A stretch of DNA of 64,000 bases from Candidatus Thorarchaeota archaeon (GTDB taxonomy: Archaea; Asgardarchaeota; Thorarchaeia; Thorarchaeales; Thorarchaeaceae). Shown one piece after another: positions 57,791-64,000 of the stretch (the stretch's first letter is position 1; each line of letters opens with the position of its first letter). Both the position numbers and the translations under genes were made by a program. The notes beneath the pieces were generated by a model. It did no database searches. It saw nothing but the letters and a program-made list of their open reading frames with translations, and was not told the origin of the DNA. The stretch lies in contig CAVSBO010000004.1 of NCBI GenBank assembly GCA_963726195.1, positions 256,001 to 320,000 of the forward strand, in the 5' to 3' direction.

Positions 57791-59028
57791 ATGGGAAAAC
57801 TCGAAATGGGACTCAGAGCATCTGGACACTTCTGGAACATCATGACTATGTACGCCATGACCATAATAATGCGGGCGTCTTTCTATGTGAGCATCGCAGT
57901 CATCGGTAGTAAACTGGAGCCGCTAGAGTTGGCAGTTGTGTTTGGCGCCTACCCGCTTACAGAGTTGGTTTCGGTTTCCTTCTTCGGTTCCTACAGTGAT
58001 AAGATTGGCAGAAAACCGATATTCGTGGCCAGTCTGTTCATGACGTCTCTAGCAGCTTCTTGTTTTCCATACCCACCAACTTGTGGGTCTTGCTTGTTTT
58101 CTCTGTCGTGTTTGGCCTTGGTGCAGCCTCCCTAGTATCAACAACACTCTCCATGGTGGCCGACATGTCCTCAGAGACGAATCGTGCCCGATTGATGGGC
58201 TATTACGACATGTCGACACTGTTTGGTCTTGCAGGAGGTTTCGGCCTCGGTCTGATACTCTTGCAGTTCGGGTGGTCAGCATTTGCTATCCTCATCGGGG
58301 CATCAGCGGCCGCCGCCATTGCGGGGGTTGCTGCGCAGGTCTTAATCAAGGAGACTAGAACTGAAATACAGGCCGGAATCAGTGTGAGGCGTCTCATACG
58401 CAAAGTGGCAAGTGATAAGAGAATCCAGAAGCTCGTTCCAGTGTATGTGCCAATCATATCAATGTACGGGATTTTCATAGCATACACGGAGACAATTCTG
58501 AAAAATGAGTTCAAGCATTTGGCGGGTACTGACTTGTTGGTCCTTTTCGGGATTCTCGGTGCTTCTCTTGTCGTTGGAATAATAAGCATGAGTCATCTCT
58601 CGGACCATTATAATAAGCGGAGGCCATTCATCGTCACAGGACTTCTTGGATTTGGATTACTTGCTTATCTTTTGGTATCAAACTCAGCTGACATTAGCGC
58701 TCTCTGGTCAGTATGGCCCATACTCCCGATTCTTGGCTTCATAGCCGGGGCCTTTCCGCCTGCAGCAATGGCTTACCTCACCGATGTATCGGAAAGAGAT
58801 TCCCGAGGAGCCACAATGGGAGTCTACAGCATATTCTTCGGCACGGGTATGCTAATTGGACCCTTCTTAGGTGGGATTGCATATTTTTACTTCGGCCTGA
58901 TCGGTCTCGCTTTCATTGTGGCTCTCCTCATCGCAATCGCGATTGTCGGTACCTATCGCATGTCAGAGGTGCAGACTCTGAACCGGGAGGGAATGGAAGG
59001 CAAAGAGCTTCCGCTGAGCAAGAGTTAA
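57791..59028 (+). CDS. MFS transporter (frameshift at ~58057)
   Basis: GSYSDKIGRKP (motif A), SDHYNKRR, RGATMG; 12 TM after joining. Confidence 0.9.
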
Positions 59029-59081
59029 TTAGCGAACGCATCATCCTTGGTCAGATAATACCCAGCAGGGGAGATTTGAGA

Positions 59082-59691
59082 ATGGTCAGAGTAACAACCA
59101 TCAGCAATGTGCTATCAGGAGTCGGCTTGGCAGTCTTAGGGTTCGCTGTGATTTTCAAGTTAATACCTGAGAACTTCCGCTCTTCAGTATCCAGATTATG
59201 CTTGGATGGTCGGCGCAGCGCTTTTCGTGCTTGTCATCATAATGAGCATAATCAACACCTTCACGGAGATGACAGGCTTCGTTCACCCAGATGACAAGCT
59301 CATTAGCAACATGTTTGTGTTCCTTATGGCAATCGCCACGATTCTCATCTATGGAATCCTAGATCAGGGTCTACTATTCCAGTACAGTCTTTACAATCTG
59401 GGTTCAATGATAGTCATCGCCTACGTGTTCTTGTTTGTCTTCTTGCTTTTCAGAGAGACCATCATGAAGGGCGGAGAGAAGGGCAAAGTGAAGGAGATGA
59501 CCGCTCGGTTCATGCTTGTGTCACTCTTTCTCGGTGCTGTAATGTCCGCTGTCAAGTTCGGATTGGATTTCATCTACATTTACATCGGGACGTATGCTCA
59601 TGCCTCCTTGGTACTAGGTATCTTCGCAGTGATACTCGTGATTGTAATCGCAATAGTCCTTGGAAGGCGATACGAACCAGTCTCTCAGTAG
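59082..59691 (+). CDS. Multi-pass membrane protein (frameshift at ~59167)
   Basis: MVRVTTISNVLSG... joins to QYPDYAWMVGAAL on removal of one C. Confidence 0.7.
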
Positions 59692-59822
59692 TCCTCGAAA
59701 TGAGAATGGAAGGACCCACTTCCATTCTTCATCTTTATTGTCTATGTGATTATGGATTACGCGATTCTTCGACATTGATGCTTGATAGCTGCCACTAATG
59801 CGCAACCATGAAGCATGCTTAA

Positions 59823-61736
59823 GTGCAGCAGTCCAACTTGCGGTTCAAGGTGATGCCTCGGATGACAAAGGATGGATTGTGGCTGGGTTACAAGCTGGAT
59901 CCACAAGGGAACAAGACGGATGAACGTTTTGAGATTAGCACTGACTTGCTGAGGCGTCACGGAGGTATTTTCGGGTCAACAGGCTCTGGAAAGACAGTCC
60001 TGGGCAAGGTCATCCTCGAAGAAGCAGCAATGCAAGGGATTCCTGTGCTGGCGTTCGATCCTCAGGGAGACATCGCATCATTGATGTTGCCCGGCGATCC
60101 GAAAGTTCTTGAATCGAAAGGAGTTCCTGCCTCCCGACTGAAGGAGTACTTGGACAAGGTTATAGTGCGAGTCTATACACCAGCCAGCAGTAAGGGTCTG
60201 TCCGTTTCAATCAATCCTCTGAGTCTGCCTGATGAGAAAGCTGATTCTGACGACATGATTCGACTGCTTGACAACTCGGCGAGAACTCTTGTCAAGGTTC
60301 TTCTGAAAGTCGCTGGTCTCACTTCAACTTGGGAGAGCAAGTCCTTTGCCGCTGTCTACGAACTCATTCGGATCAAGTGGCAGAAAAAGGTGAAAATCAA
60401 AGATCTAAGCGAACTCGCTGATATGCTGGTCGCTGATAAGGAATCTGTCGGCGTTGACCTTGAGCCGTTTATGAAGGTAACCGAGCGGGAGAAACTCGCA
60501 GCAGCTATCCGGAGCTTAACTGTGGGTTCATCTCAGTTGCTGTTCCGAGAGGAGGGGCAACTTGACTTTGACCAGTTGACCAAACCTGTGAATGGGAAAA
60601 CACCAATCAATGTTCTCTTTCTTAAGACGCTCAGGAGTGAAGAAGAGAAGCACTTCTTTATCTCTATCGTACTCAACCAGCTGTATTCTTGGATGTTGAA
60701 GCAGGGCTACACGGACAAGCCAAAGCTGGTTATCTACCAAGATGAAGCGGCACCATTCATTCCGGCTGGCATGAGGGCGCCCGGTCCGAAGGAAATCTAC
60801 CTTCTACTTTTCCGACAGGCAAGAAAATACGGAATTGAGTGTGTGATTTCTACTCAGAGCCCCAAGGATATCGACTACAAGGCCTTCGAGCAGTTCAACA
60901 CTATTGCAACTGGCAGAATCAGCAGCGAGCAGTCACTCAAGGTCCTGGAGAGAATACTCGAGCCTATCGCAGGAGAGAGAGAGTCGGAGTCAATCATGAA
61001 AGCTCTTCCAGGTCAGGAGGTTGGTTCATTCATATTCTCATCTGCGGACATGGCTCCAAAGGTCAACCACATGGTCGTGCGATGGCTGTTGACGAATCAC
61101 GTCACACTCACTGAACAGGACGTACAGAAGTATATGGCCGCAATGGTGAAGGAACAGCAGAAGTTGCTGGAGGAATTGGAGAAGACTCGTGTAGAGGAAG
61201 AGAAGCGAAGGGCTCACGAAGACGAACGAAAGCGGCAAGACGAAGAGAGGGCTAGGCTTCTTGAATTGAAGAAGTCTAAGTTCAAGTCGGTGAAAGAGAC
61301 AGAGAAGGTATTCGCGACTCGGGGGAAGCTAGGGGCAGTCTCATATGACGACATCATGAACGCCTTCATAGCTAGAATTGAGGCTGTCGCCAGAACCACT
61401 TTCGGTCTCCCATTCCTGAAAGAACTCGTCAAGGCACGAAGATTGGAATATGAGCGAGCAATGTCTACATACCTGAAGGAGGCCAAGGCGGCAATCGCCC
61501 AGGGCCTAGCGAAAGAAGTTGCGCTTCCGGGTGAGAAGAGCGGGAAGCCAACTCAGTACCTGAGCTACGAATTCGAGTACGTGCTCCAAGAGGTAATCAA
61601 GAGTACTGGAGTTCTTGAGCCAGAATATGTAGACGGAGGCAGACTCAAGAAGCGCTTCGAGGAGATTGTGGAAAAGGCCACGACAAACCACCTGTTGGAA
61701 CGCGTAATCCTCGGGAAGCCGTTCCTGCAGTTCTAG
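59823..61736 (+). CDS. HerA/FtsK-like ATPase (DUF87/DUF853-type) with charged coiled coil
   Basis: RHGGIFGSTGSGKT, FDPQGD, YQDEA, RQARKYG, STQSPKDIDYK. Confidence 0.88.
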   Translation: MQQSNLRFKVMPRMTKDGLWLGYKLDPQGNKTDERFEISTDLLRRHGGIFGSTGSGKTVLGKVILEEAAMQGIPVLAFDPQGDIASLMLPGDPKVLESKGVPASRLKEYLDKVIVRVYTPASSKGLSVSINPLSLPDEKADSDDMIRLLDNSARTLVKVLLKVAGLTSTWESKSFAAVYELIRIKWQKKVKIKDLSELADMLVADKESVGVDLEPFMKVTEREKLAAAIRSLTVGSSQLLFREEGQLDFDQLTKPVNGKTPINVLFLKTLRSEEEKHFFISIVLNQLYSWMLKQGYTDKPKLVIYQDEAAPFIPAGMRAPGPKEIYLLLFRQARKYGIECVISTQSPKDIDYKAFEQFNTIATGRISSEQSLKVLERILEPIAGERESESIMKALPGQEVGSFIFSSADMAPKVNHMVVRWLLTNHVTLTEQDVQKYMAAMVKEQQKLLEELEKTRVEEEKRRAHEDERKRQDEERARLLELKKSKFKSVKETEKVFATRGKLGAVSYDDIMNAFIARIEAVARTTFGLPFLKELVKARRLEYERAMSTYLKEAKAAIAQGLAKEVALPGEKSGKPTQYLSYEFEYVLQEVIKSTGVLEPEYVDGGRLKKRFEEIVEKATTNHLLERVILGKPFLQF

Positions 61737-61793
61737 AGAACCCTGCATCATGATTAGCTTGGTTGCTACTGAATGGTCCCGCCAAAGCACCGA

Positions 61794-62585
61794 CTATGAC
61801 TGAAACAAGCCTTGGCCTGTGATGCGGCAGTCCAGCCATTGCTCGATCATTTTTGCAGTCGAGGCTGATGCTTGACTGATGCTATCCTCACTTATCCCCG
61901 GGAATCCGTAGATTAGCAGCACCACTTCGTTGCTTCGGTTCGTGACCCTCGTGAAGTCCGAGTCATGTGTTGCATAACCATAGCACACGATTTTCTCGTC
62001 GTCAGCGAGAACTATCTCTCTGCCTCTGCACTCAAGTGATTCCCCGCCGATTCTGCGGAACACCTCGCCTTTTCCGGCGGTCCGAACTGTTAGCTTTCCA
62101 GTCATCTTTGAAATGTCTGTAAGACCGATTGGCAGCTTGTGGACAACTGAGGCAAGGTTGGCAGTGTCAACGACATTATTGACTCGCCAGAGGTTCTGAC
62201 CCACGAGTATTCTTCTTAGAAGTGCCTCACTTGAAACGCGCTCTTTCGTGGGATCCATTCCGAAGGTCCAATAGAGATCCCTGAATGATCGGAATACAAG
62301 GTCGTCCTTGAGACCATCAAGTGTCATTTCGGCTCGGACACGCTTGAAGATGTCCTGTTCAAACTTCTCAAAAGCCGGACGCGAGGGTGAGACCTTGACT
62401 TCGACCATCTGGATGGCTGCCAGGCATAATCCTTTGCAGTCGACTTCGAAACTCACTAGGTCCTTGTTCGCCAGCCTTCCGGTGAATGGTCTGTCAAGAG
62501 AACTCATTGACGGAGAGAAGCCGGGTCGACACGTTTGAGTCTTTCGGGGTATTCTTTCCAACCACTGTCTCTGGGTCAAGAACAT
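61794..62585 (-). CDS. B3/B4 (PheRS-beta editing-like) stand-alone protein (start uncertain)
   Basis: GMDPTKERVSSEALLRR, NNVVD..NLAS, PIG..D, EIVLADD. Confidence 0.88.
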   Translation of the reverse strand: MFLTQRQWLERIPRKTQTCRPGFSPSMSSLDRPFTGRLANKDLVSFEVDCKGLCLAAIQMVEVKVSPSRPAFEKFEQDIFKRVRAEMTLDGLKDDLVFRSFRDLYWTFGMDPTKERVSSEALLRRILVGQNLWRVNNVVDTANLASVVHKLPIGLTDISKMTGKLTVRTAGKGEVFRRIGGESLECRGREIVLADDEKIVCYGYATHDSDFTRVTNRSNEVVLLIYGFPGISEDSISQASASTAKMIEQWLDCRITGQGLFQS

Positions 62586-62596
62586 GATTCTCGGAC

Positions 62597-63403
62597 CTAG
62601 AGCTTTGATATGACCTCGTCAAGACTGCTGACGGTCAAGTCCGGAGTTTGGTCGAGTCCTCTCGAATCGTAAGATAGGATGAGGGAGGGATCTCTTTTGA
62701 TGAGGATGGTGGTCATACTGGCAGCCCTGCCTCCTGCTATGTCCGACGCAGGGTTGTCACCCACCATTACGGATTCCGCTACGCTGAAACCAAGCGACCT
62801 GACCGATTCGACGAACATCTCCGGGAGAGGCTTGCCGACAATGATAGCTTTTGCTCCCGTCGCATCTTCAATTGCGGCGACAATGGAGAGTTCACCGATG
62901 AATGTGTCCTCTTTGCCCAAGTAGATTCCTGGGTAGTCTCTGCTGCCACTGATGCAGATTAAGGGCGCACCTTGTTTGACCATCTTCGTTGCGAAATTGA
63001 GTCGCTCGAATGTCATCCCCCTGTCTGCACCAACTGCAACATAGTCGACGGGGGGATTGTTGGTGACATCTAGGCCTCTTGCAACGAAGTCTTCAATCGC
63101 TCCTCCTTCGCTGATGACAAAACACCTTGCGCCTGGTGACCTATTATGAACATAGGCAGCTGCCGCTGCTCCTGCGCTGAATACATTACCCAAGTCAAAA
63201 TCAAAACCAACGCCATTCACGGCTTTCTGAATCTGCCTTGATGACAACCGTCCGACATTCGTCAGGATGCCGATGGTTTTTCCTCTCTTGATGAGCTCAT
63301 CGCAGAGGTGGAGGGCGTCCTGAAATGGAGTCGGGTGTTCGATTTGTTCTACAATCGTGTTGTCCACATCGAAGAGCCACAGCTGCTTGTCCTTGAGTTT
63401 CAT
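62597..63403 (-). CDS. HAD-IIA (NagD-like) phosphatase
   Basis: FDVDNT, LTN, GKP, MVGDNPASDIAGG. Confidence 0.92.
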   Translation of the reverse strand: MKLKDKQLWLFDVDNTIVEQIEHPTPFQDALHLCDELIKRGKTIGILTNVGRLSSRQIQKAVNGVGFDFDLGNVFSAGAAAAAYVHNRSPGARCFVISEGGAIEDFVARGLDVTNNPPVDYVAVGADRGMTFERLNFATKMVKQGAPLICISGSRDYPGIYLGKEDTFIGELSIVAAIEDATGAKAIIVGKPLPEMFVESVRSLGFSVAESVMVGDNPASDIAGGRAASMTTILIKRDPSLILSYDSRGLDQTPDLTVSSLDEVISKL

Positions 63404-63494
63404 CGTTCTGACCCGCCATCTTGTTCTTGCAGAGAGAAATGGCACAGCGGCTTGCTGTCTTGCTGAGGCGAGCTCCAGGAGCTGAGAAGGCAGA

Positions 63495-63845
63495 CTAGTC
63501 CTTGGGGAGCAAGGGTATGGCACAGATGAACTTGAAGACCTCTTTGCCCTTGCGATTGTCAATGCCATGAATCATATTTGGAGGCACGAATACGACATCA
63601 TCTTTCCGGGCCGGTGTATTGCCCGAGGAAGACATGACCTCCGCCTTGCCGCTAACCACGTAGATTTCGTGTTCTTCGGGATGCTGATGCAGCGGCACGA
63701 TCCCGCCTGGTTGTATCTCGAATAGACGCAACGCATACGTTTTGGCACCATTGTTCCGGTCGACGAGCCACCGAAACGTCGCTTTCTCTGTGCCTTGCAC
63801 AGCGACAGGGAGTTCTTCTCGTTTCTTGCTGGTAATTACGTACAA
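63495..63845 (-). CDS. Cupin domain protein
   Basis: PLHQHPEEHEIYV, FVPPNMIHG. Confidence 0.9.
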   Translation of the reverse strand: MYVITSKKREELPVAVQGTEKATFRWLVDRNNGAKTYALRLFEIQPGGIVPLHQHPEEHEIYVVSGKAEVMSSSGNTPARKDDVVFVPPNMIHGIDNRKGKEVFKFICAIPLLPKD

Positions 63846-64000
63846 CGCTCGCGGCCTCCTTATGGTCGGGATTTCAGGCCTTCCGTTTGCATGAGTCCCG
63901 TGGGAACTATAATAACATTAGGTTACGGCATGGTTTTTGCAGGGACTGGGCTGCATGTCTGGAGCAATTCGTCATGCGCTTGCTTGCTCTTCAATCCGAG

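Overview
Gene-dense archaeal chromosomal segment, most consistent with an Asgard archaeon (Thorarchaeota-like; an inference from gene content). Evidence includes two Roadblock/LC7 proteins, a tandem pair of longin + winged-helix proteins resembling NPRL2/NPRL3, an alpha/gamma-SNAP-like solenoid protein, a small gelsolin-fold (ProGel-like) protein, Cdc48 next to an AN1-finger/M50 protease fusion, a two-domain eukaryote-type RPB5 and split Alg13/Alg14. There are also archaeal DNA-repair genes (NreA, EndoQ, TatD, COG1202 helicase, beta-CASP nuclease), a stand-alone NifB-like radical SAM gene and metabolic genes. I found no rRNA, tRNA, CRISPR array or transposase. About a dozen genes are broken by single-base indels, mostly in short homopolymers. 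These are best explained as long-read consensus errors, so I reconstructed the genes across them. The strongest candidates for an undescribed system lie in the 0.4-17.4 kb region: the SNAP-Ig-coiled-coil protein near Cdc48, the Cdc48/Hsp20 versus AN1-S2P divergon with a direct-repeat operator, and the NPRL2/3-like pair converging on a Roadblock-NifB operon. All family calls are from motif recognition by eye, not database searches.
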